From Candidatus Latescibacterota bacterium (GTDB taxonomy: Bacteria > Latescibacterota > UBA2968 > UBA8231): 64,000 bases of DNA. The stretch spans positions 2,304,001 to 2,368,000 of the forward strand of contig OZ242318.1 of assembly GCA_965208105.1 (NCBI GenBank), written 5' to 3'. Under the pieces are notes generated by a model, which was not told the origin of the DNA, ran no database searches, and worked only from the letters and a program-made list of their open reading frames with translations. Numbering within the stretch: position 1 is the stretch's first letter; each line of letters starts with the position of its first letter. Shown in pieces: positions 18,052 to 27,062 of this stretch. The position numbers were made by a program, and so were the translations under genes.

Positions 18052-19179
18052 TCAATTGACCAGCACAGACCAGAGAATGCCGGCGCCGATGGCCGACCCA
18101 ATTACTCCTGCCACATTGGGAGCCATTGCGTGCATGAGAAGGAAGTTGTGGGGGTCTTCCTGTTGGCCAATCATCTGCACGACGCGGGCAGAGTCCGGTA
18201 CGGCGGACACCCCCGCAGCTCCAACCAATGGATTGATCTTGTCCTTTAGAAAGAGGTTCATGAGTTTGGCAAAGAGAACTCCGCCCGCCGTTGCAATGGA
18301 AAAGGACAGCGCACCCAATCCAAAAATGAGAATGGACTGTGGAGTCAGAAATGTTTGTGCATGGGTGCTCGCCCCAACCGAGAAGCCGAGAAGGATGGTC
18401 ACGATGTCGACCATCGCCGTTCGCGCGGTATTTGCCAGACGCTCGGTGACCCCGCTTTCTTTGAGCAGGTTGCCGAAGAAGAGCATGCCGATGAGGGCTA
18501 TGGAACCAGGAGCGATCAGTGCGGCAATCAAAAACCCCGCGATGGGGAAAATGATCTTCTCCCTCTGAGAGACCTCACGCGGCGCCTTCATCCGGATCAG
18601 CCGTTCCTTGCGGGTGGTCAAAAGCTTCATTACCGGCGGCTGGATGACCGGGACGAGCGCCATGTAGGAATAGGCTGCGATGGCAATGGCGCCGAGCAGA
18701 TGAGGTGCGAGCTTGGCGGAGAGGAATATGGCTGTCGGTCCGTCGGCGCCGCCGATGATGCCGATCGCTCCGGCTTCGTATGGAGCGAACCCGAGATACA
18801 GAGCCCCGATCAAAGTCAGAAAGATCCCCACCTGCGCCGCTGCACCCAGCAATACCAGCTTGGGATTGGACAGCATGGTCGAAAAATCGGTCATCGCGCC
18901 AATGCCCAGAAAGATGAGCGGAGGAAAAAGTCCCTGGCTGACACCAAAGTATATGTAGCTCAGCACGCTGCCTTCATCATACACGCTGAGGGACATGCCA
19001 GGTATGGAGGTGATGTTTCCCACGACTATGCCGAACCCGATGGGAAGAAGCAGCAAAGGTTCGTAGTCCTTGATGATGGCAAGGGAAATGAAAACGATAC
19101 CGATGGCGATCATGAGGACATTGCCCCAATCCATCGTTGCAAAGCTGGTCGTGGAGAGAAAATCGAGTAGAATGTTCAC
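18052..19179 (-). CDS. oadB: Na+-transporting decarboxylase beta subunit
   Basis: YEPLLLLPIGFG, GIIGGADGPTAI, AYSYMALVP, GVSAVP and PNVAGVIGSA. Confidence 0.95.
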   Translation of the reverse strand: MNILLDFLSTTSFATMDWGNVLMIAIGIVFISLAIIKDYEPLLLLPIGFGIVVGNITSIPGMSLSVYDEGSVLSYIYFGVSQGLFPPLIFLGIGAMTDFSTMLSNPKLVLLGAAAQVGIFLTLIGALYLGFAPYEAGAIGIIGGADGPTAIFLSAKLAPHLLGAIAIAAYSYMALVPVIQPPVMKLLTTRKERLIRMKAPREVSQREKIIFPIAGFLIAALIAPGSIALIGMLFFGNLLKESGVTERLANTARTAMVDIVTILLGFSVGASTHAQTFLTPQSILIFGLGALSFSIATAGGVLFAKLMNLFLKDKINPLVGAAGVSAVPDSARVVQMIGQQEDPHNFLLMHAMAPNVAGVIGSAIGAGILWSVLVN

Positions 19180-19445
19180 CTGTTTCTCCCCGTGTGCAAG
19201 GCAAGACCGATAGCCGCCACGACCTCGTCTTCTTCAGGACGGGAAAGGTCCTGGCCGGCAGTGGAACGCACAACGGCGGAAGTCTCCGGGGACCACATGG
19301 CCAATATTCGCGGCAACGCGAAGATGAACAGGCTGATCAATGTCAAAGCCGTGAACACAATCGACATCCCCGTGATGGCAATGTCCACTCCCTGTCCCTC
19401 CGCGATGTTCTGAAAACTGTAGACCATCTCCGACGGATTCTTCAT
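19176..19445 (-). CDS. oadG: Na+-transporting decarboxylase gamma subunit
   Basis: ITGMSIVF..L TM helix and EVVAAI..A motif. Overlaps both coxE and oadB. Confidence 0.85.
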   Translation of the reverse strand: MKNPSEMVYSFQNIAEGQGVDIAITGMSIVFTALTLISLFIFALPRILAMWSPETSAVVRSTAGQDLSRPEEDEVVAAIGLALHTGRNR

Positions 19446-20773
19446 CGGGATATTCCAAACCTTTCAAAAGCGGTCTTCTGCGCAGTAGTTGCCTCGGGTA
19501 TCGGCGCATCGGCCCGGTCGGTTCCGGCCGCCGGCCCCATGCGGTGGGTTGACCTGGGGAATCCGATTCTCCCCTGGATCCTGCCCAACCGGTGCGCCAA
19601 CTGCCTCAGGCTGGCCAGGTTGTGGGCGGGCGCAAATATATCGATGAATGGCAGTGCCGCCTGCATGCCGCGGCAGGAGGGCTGATAGCCGGGATGTCCC
19701 ATCAGCGGATTGAGCCACACCAGGCAGCGGCATCGTTTTTGAATTCCACGCATGCTGTCCTCGAGCAGGTCGATGTCTCCGGTGTCCCAGCCGTCGCTCA
19801 GTATCAGGACCACCGTGTTTCGGTCCACCATGTCCGTCCCATGGCGAGTGAGGAAGTCGTGCAGGGAGGCGCCGATCCTTGTTCCGCCCGACCAATCCGG
19901 CACCTCCCTGGACAATGCGAGCAGAACCTCGGGCAGGTCACCCGACTTCAGGGTGGATGTGATTCTGTGAAGAGAGGTGCTGAAAACAAAGGTTTCGAGG
20001 CGGCGGTAGACATTCTGGAAGGAATAGATGAATTGAATGAGGAAGCGGCCGTACAGGTCCATGGATTTGCTCATATCGCATAGTAGTACGAGCTTCAATT
20101 TCTGCCGTTTGCGGCGCCGAAAGGACAGATCGAAAAGATCCCCGCCTCGCGGCAGGTTGAGGCGCAGTGTGCGGCACAGGTCAAGGGAGCCTTTGCGGTG
20201 AGAGTGCCGGTAGCGCCGGCTGAAACGCGTCGCCAGGATTTTGGATAACGCGGCTACCAGCCTGCCCATTTCATCGATTTCGGCGGTGCCGAAGGAGCTG
20301 AAGTCCCTGCTGGTAACCACTTCAACGGGGCTGTACCCCGCGACCTCTCTCTCCTCCTTCGCACTCCCGTTCCCTTTCAACCAATCGCTGATAGTCACCG
20401 AGGCCGGACGGCCCGATTGACGCCGGTCCCCTCCGCCATCTGGCTCCTCCACCCTTTCCTGGGTAGCCGCGCGATTGGACCCCAGGGCTCGATCCCAGAC
20501 CTTCCAGTAGGGGTCGAAGTGCTGATCGAAAATCTCCTGCTCCTCCCGGCTCTTGGCCAGGGTTGTGCGCAAAGCAAGATAGAATTCCCGTGAATCCTTC
20601 AGGTCGATCCGCTCAAGGGCAGACAGTGCATCGCAAAATTCACCAGGGCCGGGGTGGACACCCCGCCGCCGCAACAGGCGTCCGAAACCGACCAGATTGG
20701 CGCTTAGCTCGCGATTCAGAGCAAGCTCCTCGGCTGGGGCGAGGTCGATTCGGTCAGAATCCATCGGGCGCAT
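19442..20773 (-). CDS. coxE: CoxE-family VWA-domain protein
   Basis: MIDAS-like LCDMSKSM, ETFVFST, WSGGTRIG, ILSDGWD and WLNPL. Confidence 0.9.
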   Translation of the reverse strand: MRPMDSDRIDLAPAEELALNRELSANLVGFGRLLRRRGVHPGPGEFCDALSALERIDLKDSREFYLALRTTLAKSREEQEIFDQHFDPYWKVWDRALGSNRAATQERVEEPDGGGDRRQSGRPASVTISDWLKGNGSAKEEREVAGYSPVEVVTSRDFSSFGTAEIDEMGRLVAALSKILATRFSRRYRHSHRKGSLDLCRTLRLNLPRGGDLFDLSFRRRKRQKLKLVLLCDMSKSMDLYGRFLIQFIYSFQNVYRRLETFVFSTSLHRITSTLKSGDLPEVLLALSREVPDWSGGTRIGASLHDFLTRHGTDMVDRNTVVLILSDGWDTGDIDLLEDSMRGIQKRCRCLVWLNPLMGHPGYQPSCRGMQAALPFIDIFAPAHNLASLRQLAHRLGRIQGRIGFPRSTHRMGPAAGTDRADAPIPEATTAQKTAFERFGISR

Positions 20774-21695
20774 TCTTTTCCGCTGTCCGGGCTGGAGCCG
20801 CCTTGGCGTGGATACCCAGGCCCTCGAGGAAGTCTGCCAGGGACTCTTGAACCATGCTCATGTCGTGCCAGTCCTTGAAAACAATCCCCAGGGTATCCTT
20901 GATCATATCGGGATCCAGGTGAATTTGATGCAGCGCCACCAGGGCTCTCGCCCAGTCCAGCGTTTCGGCTATCCCCGGGGTCTTATCCAGCTTCTGCTCC
21001 CGAATCAACTCCATGAACCTGCAGATCTGCTCGGCCAGATTCACGTCGATGTGGGGTACCTTGGCACGCACGATGGCGACTTCCTTCTCGAAACTGGGGT
21101 AGTCGATCCACAAATAGAAGCAGCGTCGACGCACCGCATCCGACAGCTCACGAGTGCGGTTACTCGTGATCACCACGTAGGGGAGATGAAGTGCGCGTAT
21201 CGTGCCGATTTCGGGGATGGTGATCTGCCACTCCCCAAGCACTTCAAGCAAAAAGCTCTCGAACTCTTCATCCGCCCGGTCGAGCTCGTCAATGAGCAGA
21301 ACCGGTGGCTTGTGATGGGTGATGGCCTGGAGCAATGGGCGTTTGAGAAGAAACGAATCGCCGAAAATGGATGCTTCCTTTTCTTCGGTCGTTTTCTCAC
21401 TGTTTTCTTCCAGCTTGAGATACAGAAGCTGGCGCTGGTAGTTCCATTCGTAAAGAGCGGTGCTGGCGTCCAGACCCTCGTAGCATTGGAGACGGATCAG
21501 GTCTGCCCCCAGGGCGCAGGCCATGACCTTGGCAATCTCGGTCTTGCCGACCCCGGCCGGGCCTTCGACCATGAGAGGTTTGTGCAGGGATTTGGCGAGG
21601 AAAACCGCCATGGCAAGACCGCGGTCGGCGACGTAATCCTGCTCGTCCAGCATCTGCTGGATGAGGGCAATGTCCCGATCACTCATAGGATTCAT
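20754..21695 (-). CDS. coxD: CoxD / MoxR-type AAA+ ATPase
   Basis: EGPAGVGKTE (Walker A), LQCYEGLD, LLIDELD and TSNRTRELSDA.RRRC. Start is 21695 or 21686. Confidence 0.92.
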   Translation of the reverse strand: MNPMSDRDIALIQQMLDEQDYVADRGLAMAVFLAKSLHKPLMVEGPAGVGKTEIAKVMACALGADLIRLQCYEGLDASTALYEWNYQRQLLYLKLEENSEKTTEEKEASIFGDSFLLKRPLLQAITHHKPPVLLIDELDRADEEFESFLLEVLGEWQITIPEIGTIRALHLPYVVITSNRTRELSDAVRRRCFYLWIDYPSFEKEVAIVRAKVPHIDVNLAEQICRFMELIREQKLDKTPGIAETLDWARALVALHQIHLDPDMIKDTLGIVFKDWHDMSMVQESLADFLEGLGIHAKAAPARTAEKNAPDGF

Positions 21696-21782
21696 ATGAC
21701 CAGTAGGTTGAAGGCCAAGCTCAATAATATGTCTCTTCGGCACCGAGGTTGCAAGAAAGGGGAATGTGGAGGACATGCCTGC

Positions 21783-21846
21783 CCGGGCAAGATTGCCCGG
21801 CGGTTCGCAATTCCTATATTGTATATTCCTCTATTGTAAATTCCTC
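21783..21846. promoter_or_regulatory. Palindrome plus 15-bp tandem direct repeats in the coxD/moaA divergent region
   Basis: CCGGGCAA-GA-TTGCCCGG at 21783-21800. ATTCCTATATTGTAT / ATTCCTCTATTGTAA / ATTCCTC at 21810-21846. Confidence 0.5.
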
Positions 21847-21879
21847 AAGAGGACCATACGCTACTACTGGAATAGTACA

Positions 21880-22932
21880 ATGACCGTCAAACTGCCTGCG
21901 GAGCAGGCAACTGCCATCCTGGACAGGATGGATCGGCCTCTGAGCAGTCTGCGCGTGTCCGTCGTTGACCGCTGCGATTTGCGCTGTACCTACTGCATGC
22001 CCGAGGACGATTATACCTGGCTGCCGAAGAAGGACATTCTCAGCCTGGACGAGGTCGCTACCCTGGTCGATGCCTTCGCTGAATCGGGGGTGGTAAAGGT
22101 GAGGTTGACCGGGGGTGAGCCATTACTGCGCAAGGGATTGACGGACTTGGTTCGACACCTGTCCCGGAACCCGCGCATCGAGGATCTGGCCCTCACCACC
22201 AACGCCACCCAACTGGCGCGGTTTGCGGCGCCTTTGTGGGCGGCAGGTCTGCAGCGAGTCACGGTCAGCTTGGACTCCCTGGTGCCCGACCGGTTTGCCA
22301 AACTGACTCGCAGGCCTGTCCTGGATCAGGTTTTGTCCGGGATCAGGGCCGCGGCCTCGGCGAATTTCGAAGAATTCAAGATCAACACGGTAGTGATGAA
22401 GGGCTTCAACGACGACGAACTCGTCGACCTTATCGAGTTTGGCCGGGAGGTGGGTGCTGAAGTGCGATTTATCGAGTACATGGACGTGGGCGGCGCCACG
22501 CAATGGACGAAGGAAAAGGTGGTCTCCAGAATGGATATCCTGGCCCATCTGGAGGATCACTTCGGCAGGGTGATCGTCGAGGACGACCAGGGGTCCGCAC
22601 CGGCTCAGCGCTTCGTGCTGGCGGATGGAACCCGCTTCGGCATCGTGGCCTCGGTCACCAGGCCGTTCTGCAGCACCTGTGACCGCAGCCGGCTCACCGC
22701 AGACGGAATGTGGTACCTCTGTCTTTACGGACGGGACGGAGTGGACTTCAAGGAGATCCTGCGCAGTGGAGGGTCCAGGGATGAACTGGTAGCCGCCATC
22801 CAATGTGGCTGGGAACAACGGGCTGACAGAGGGGCAGAGGAAAGACTGGCAACTCCTTCCAGGGGGGTATTCTATCAGGTAGAAGAACTCAAACTGGATC
22901 CACACAGGGAGATGCACACCCGGGGAGGATGA
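21880..22932 (+). CDS. moaA: GTP 3',8-cyclase (radical SAM, Moco biosynthesis)
   Basis: CDLRCTYC, RLTGGEP, RFIEYM, CSTC.RSRLTADG...C and a C-terminal GG. Confidence 0.95.
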   Translation: MTVKLPAEQATAILDRMDRPLSSLRVSVVDRCDLRCTYCMPEDDYTWLPKKDILSLDEVATLVDAFAESGVVKVRLTGGEPLLRKGLTDLVRHLSRNPRIEDLALTTNATQLARFAAPLWAAGLQRVTVSLDSLVPDRFAKLTRRPVLDQVLSGIRAAASANFEEFKINTVVMKGFNDDELVDLIEFGREVGAEVRFIEYMDVGGATQWTKEKVVSRMDILAHLEDHFGRVIVEDDQGSAPAQRFVLADGTRFGIVASVTRPFCSTCDRSRLTADGMWYLCLYGRDGVDFKEILRSGGSRDELVAAIQCGWEQRADRGAEERLATPSRGVFYQVEELKLDPHREMHTRGG

Positions 22933-23034
22933 TGAGCCGCAGGGGAGTGCAAATGTGTCGGGAGGCGGCAGGGGCAGGTGGAATAGCAGGGCCGGTCGCT
23001 GCCGGCAACCATCGCCTTCCGTCTGTTGGAGGAC

Positions 23035-25188
23035 ATGGACTACTTCCACAGTAGACGTTTCTTAGATTCTTTGCCCGATTGGGAAACCGGGCGACCACTC
23101 CTGGGCCCCTTGGATGATTACCTGCCGCGCATGCGTGCGCTGCTGAAACGCCTCGAAGATCCCCAGTGCTGCTTTACTTCGATAATAGTAGGGGGCACCA
23201 ATGGCAAGACCACGGTCTGCCGCCTACTGGCCTCCATGCTGCAGGCCGCCGGCAGGCGCGTCGGGCTCTATACCTCTCCCCACCTCCATACACTCCGCGA
23301 ACGCATCCAGGTCCAGGGACAAATCCTCAGCAAGGACGTCTGGGCAGAGGGAGTGACCCACCTCCACGAAAGGAGCCGAAACTTCGAATCCGAAGGCCGC
23401 GGGGCATTCAGCATGTTCGAAGCAGTTACGGCGCTGGCCGCATACACCTTCGCTCGGGAAGACCTGGAGTACGGCATCTTTGAAGTGGGCCTGGGCGGCC
23501 GCCACGATGCTACCAATGCCTGGGATTCGGATGTTGCGATCCTTACCTCGGTCGACCTCGACCACGTGGAGGTGCTGGGTGATGACCTCCTCGGGATCGC
23601 CGCTGAAAAACTGTGTATCTCCCGGTCCCGACATCCGCTTTTCACCTCGTCGGCTCAGCATCCCGAGGTCTCGGACTATATCCGCCGGAAGAGCCGCGAG
23701 CAGAATATACAACTCTACGTGGCCAGCCCGGAAAAGATCGAGGTTCCGGTGGGAGCTTCAATCCTGACCTACCCCTGGAAACCGGCAGAACGGTCCAACC
23801 TCCCCCGTACTTTTCTGGACAATTCGCGCCTGTCCCTGGCGGCGGCCACCTACTTGGTGGGTCCCGGGCTCTCAAAAAACCTGGCCCGGAAAACGGTCGA
23901 CGCACATAGGCGGCCAGGGCGCCTTGAGCGAGCGCGGGACTGTCCCCTGGTTCTACTGGACGGGGCGCACAACCCGGCCGCCGCCGTAGCGCTTGCACGG
24001 GACCTGAGGGCAATGCGCCCCTCCTGGACCTTTGTCGTTGGGGTCAACTCCGGACACGATGCGACTGGAATCCTGAATGCTATTGGAGCCCTGGCCACAA
24101 AGGTCATACTGACTTCCTCCGACCATCCCAAAGCCCTCGGTGTTGAAACCCTGGGGCAATATGCGCCTTCCAATCTGAAAACGGAGAAAATTTCGGCTTG
24201 TCACACCGCCTTTGGACAAACCGTTGCCGGCCTGCATGGACACGACTCTCTCTGCATAACCGGCTCCCTCCACCTGGTCGCCCGGGCGCGTGAATTCTTC
24301 AACCTGCCCCATGAACAGGATGGCCCCAGCGAGGATGTTGCCCTGGAGAGCCTGGAATGTGTCGAGGAGGTGTGCCGGAGAAGAGGGATCGAATACGGGA
24401 GGGCGTCCGACAATGGAAATGTCCTGCGCCTTAAGTTTCGAGGACGTTCAATTTATTTCCTGCGCAACAAGCATCCCTTCAACGACTACGTTGGAGCGCG
24501 CATAGCCGAGGACAAAGGCTACCAGCACGAGCTGTTCGCGCAGGCGGGACTTCCCGTCCCGGTTACTTTACAGGTTTTCAATCCGCTGGCGGACGAACGT
24601 TTCAATCGTTATAAAACCCATCGTTCCATTGAAGACACGATCTCCCATATCGAGGAAAGATTTGTCTATCCTCTCCTGGTCAAGCGCTCGCGAAGCTCCG
24701 TGTCGCAGGGCGTCTACCTTGAATACAATTCCTCTGCCCTGCAAAGGCGCCTGAAGCTCCTGTTCGAAAACGGCGGCTTTTCAGATAATACATTGCTGAT
24801 TCAGTCGTACCTGCAGGGAAGGGAATACCGGATCGTGGCGAGCGAAAACGAAATGCTCCTTGCCTATGAAAAGCAAAGCGAGGAGATTGACGCTCAGGTA
24901 GACCTCAATCCCTTGCACCATTCCAGCGGCCGCGCCGTAAAGGTCCGGACTCCGGAAGTCCTTCAGCCCATGCAGGAACTGGTGGAACGAGTAGCTGGGG
25001 TCATTGACCTGGGATTTTATGCACTCGATGTAATCCTGGGAGAGGATGGACCCTTCATTCTGGAAATCAACCCCAATCCCTTCTGCTTTTTCTACAACAG
25101 GGACAACGGACGCGGAGACTTTGTCCGGATTTACGAGCACCTGATCGGGAAATACATCGAAACCGGGAGAAATCGCACGATCAATTGA
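23035..25188 (+). CDS. Fusion of a FolC-like Mur-family ligase (N-terminal) and an ATP-grasp ligase domain (C-terminal)
   Basis: N-terminal: GTNGKTT, YTSPHL, ERI, FE, EVGLGGR.DATN, DH, GRLE, DGAHNP, GSLHLV. C-terminal: DKG...LPVP, YPLLVK, GVY, IQSY..G.EYRI, D.I, LEINPNP. Confidence 0.85.
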   Translation: MDYFHSRRFLDSLPDWETGRPLLGPLDDYLPRMRALLKRLEDPQCCFTSIIVGGTNGKTTVCRLLASMLQAAGRRVGLYTSPHLHTLRERIQVQGQILSKDVWAEGVTHLHERSRNFESEGRGAFSMFEAVTALAAYTFAREDLEYGIFEVGLGGRHDATNAWDSDVAILTSVDLDHVEVLGDDLLGIAAEKLCISRSRHPLFTSSAQHPEVSDYIRRKSREQNIQLYVASPEKIEVPVGASILTYPWKPAERSNLPRTFLDNSRLSLAAATYLVGPGLSKNLARKTVDAHRRPGRLERARDCPLVLLDGAHNPAAAVALARDLRAMRPSWTFVVGVNSGHDATGILNAIGALATKVILTSSDHPKALGVETLGQYAPSNLKTEKISACHTAFGQTVAGLHGHDSLCITGSLHLVARAREFFNLPHEQDGPSEDVALESLECVEEVCRRRGIEYGRASDNGNVLRLKFRGRSIYFLRNKHPFNDYVGARIAEDKGYQHELFAQAGLPVPVTLQVFNPLADERFNRYKTHRSIEDTISHIEERFVYPLLVKRSRSSVSQGVYLEYNSSALQRRLKLLFENGGFSDNTLLIQSYLQGREYRIVASENEMLLAYEKQSEEIDAQVDLNPLHHSSGRAVKVRTPEVLQPMQELVERVAGVIDLGFYALDVILGEDGPFILEINPNPFCFFYNRDNGRGDFVRIYEHLIGKYIETGRNRTIN

Positions 25189-25282
25189 TGCATTGGTGGA
25201 GGTCCGATTGCTCCCAGCGGGCGGGCTGGACCAACTTCCCGTTCCATTGCCGTCCATTTTCCATCAGCCCCAGCCGGAGAAC

Positions 25283-26215
25283 ATGCCCATGGGCAGTGTC
25301 ACCCACATCATTGAAGCACAGCAGTTCGATATCGATCTCCTCTCTGAAATTTTCTCCCTGGCCGAAGAGATGGAGCAGGTGGTACAGCACTACGGCTCCA
25401 ATATCCTGAACCGGCGGGTCATGGCCACGCTCTTCTACGAGCCCAGCACACGCACCCGGCTTTCGTTCGAGTCGGCCATGAAGCGCCTTGGAGGTGAGGT
25501 GATCACTACCGAGAGCGCACAGGAATTTTCCTCTGCGGCCAAAGGAGAAACCCTCGAAGATACCATTCGAATCGTGATGGGCTACGCAGATGTCATTGTT
25601 CTGCGCCATTTTGAGAGCGGTGCAAGCCGGCGGGCGGCCGAGGTATCAGAAGTACCAATCCTCAATGCGGGCGACGGGGCCGGTCAGCACCCGACCCAGG
25701 CTCTCCTGGATATCTACACGATCAATCGGGAAATCGGAAGGTTGGACGGAATTTCCGTAGCCCTGGTCGGCGACCTTGCCAACGGACGGACAGTCCGGTC
25801 ACTCTGTTATCTGCTGGCCAAGTACAAATCACCCAAGATATACCTGGTAGCACCCTCCGTGGTGCGGATGAAGGACGACATAAAGGACTACCTCAGGCGC
25901 TACGGGGTTTCTTTTGAGGAGACGGAGGATTTGTATGCCGTTGCCTCCCAGGTGGATGTCATCTATCAGACCCGCATACAACGAGAGCGCTTTGGAGACC
26001 GCACCGGTGACTACGAACAAGCCAGGGGAAAATACATCATAGACCGATCCATTCTGAATTGCATGCGCGAACACGCCATCATCATGCATCCATTGCCCCG
26101 TGTAGACGAGATTGTTCCAGAGGTTGACAGCGATCCCCGGGCGGCCTACTTCCGCCAGGCCCACAATGGCCTGTACGTGCGCATGGCTCTGTTGAAAATG
26201 ATCCTTGAGGGCTGA
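25283..26215 (+). CDS. pyrB: Aspartate carbamoyltransferase catalytic subunit
   Basis: FYEPSTRTRLSF, NAGDG.GQHPTQ, TRIQRER and MHPLPR. Confidence 0.96.
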   Translation: MPMGSVTHIIEAQQFDIDLLSEIFSLAEEMEQVVQHYGSNILNRRVMATLFYEPSTRTRLSFESAMKRLGGEVITTESAQEFSSAAKGETLEDTIRIVMGYADVIVLRHFESGASRRAAEVSEVPILNAGDGAGQHPTQALLDIYTINREIGRLDGISVALVGDLANGRTVRSLCYLLAKYKSPKIYLVAPSVVRMKDDIKDYLRRYGVSFEETEDLYAVASQVDVIYQTRIQRERFGDRTGDYEQARGKYIIDRSILNCMREHAIIMHPLPRVDEIVPEVDSDPRAAYFRQAHNGLYVRMALLKMILEG

Positions 26216-26375
26216 TGTCCCGTCGCAGAGATACGTCGCCGTTTTTCCACCGATCCATCCCGGCTAACGGCGTTGCCTTCACTCGCCGTACACCGCTGGT
26301 ACGACTCGCTCAGGCGCCTTGTGAACCTGGCGCCTCGGCGGCCCGATTGCGTCAACCTGTCTCTGCGACGGGACA
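26216..26375. mobile_element. 160-bp MITE/REP-like element, copy 2
   Basis: Perfect 16-bp terminal inverted repeat TGTCCCGTCGCAGAGA...TCTCTGCGACGGGACA. Internal hairpins AGGCGCC/GGCGCCT and CGTAC/GTACG. Confidence 0.85.
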
Positions 26376-26384
26376 TTAGGCTCC

Positions 26385-26413
26385 TTGACCCGTATTGCGC
26401 CTTTGGATATATT
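26385..26413 (+). promoter_or_regulatory. Sigma70-like promoter upstream of the small basic ORF
   Basis: TTGACC-17 bp-TATATT. Confidence 0.55.
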
Positions 26414-26462
26414 GGGACCCGCTAATTCATGATCATTTCGCCGCAATTTTCAGGAGGAAGTA

Positions 26463-26597
26463 ATGCCTTCCAGCAAAGGTAGAATCAAGGAGAAGGAGTT
26501 GCGACGGCGGCGGCAACGTCGGCAGAAGCGCCTCAAACAGCGGATCCAAAAGGCCAAGTTGGCACCTTCAAAAATAAGGCAATCCAGAAGCAGTTGA
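26463..26597 (+). CDS. 44-aa highly basic small protein (absent from the ORF track)
   Basis: MPSSKGRIKEKELRRRRQRRQKRLKQRIQKAKLAPSKIRQSRSS, with strong SD AGGAGG and an upstream promoter. Confidence 0.7.
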   Translation: MPSSKGRIKEKELRRRRQRRQKRLKQRIQKAKLAPSKIRQSRSS

Positions 26598-27062
26598 AAT
26601 TTTCCATTTAAATTTTTCTCTTCAGCGCTTTCTCACCGGTAGTCTTCCCGAGCTGAAGGAAATACCGGAATGAGATTGCTCCCCTTGCAGAAATTCCCCC
26701 GTTTCCTTGCACAGTCATTGGCCGGTCCCATCATTCCATTGAGCGGTATCGAACAGCTATCATTGGTCGCCGGTTCGGCCCGCCCGAAATCATTCTCCAC
26801 ATCTTTCCAGCACTTACTTGGAATCGACTGCCTGAACCCGCCCCTTGAAGACTGTCCATCGCTGTGGAATCGACGACCACTGTGGCTGAGGATATCTACG
26901 GAATTCCTGATGCATGACGGTAAAGATTCCTCCCCAGGCCTGAATGCCGGCCTTCGGAGGTCGCCTTCTGGCGATGCTTCAACCAGCATTTTCCGAGCAG
27001 GATTTTCTTCCTGACGGGAGGTCCCTTCCCCTCGGGGATTACCATCCCGGCACCGCAAATTC

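Noticed and set aside
21696-21880. Moco riboswitch upstream of moaA
   Set aside because: No recognisable Moco RNA structure, only short DNA repeats.
26600-27060. 114-aa and 152-aa ORFs between the small basic ORF and the glycosyltransferase
   Set aside because: No recognisable motifs or convincing SD, so they cannot be supported as genes.
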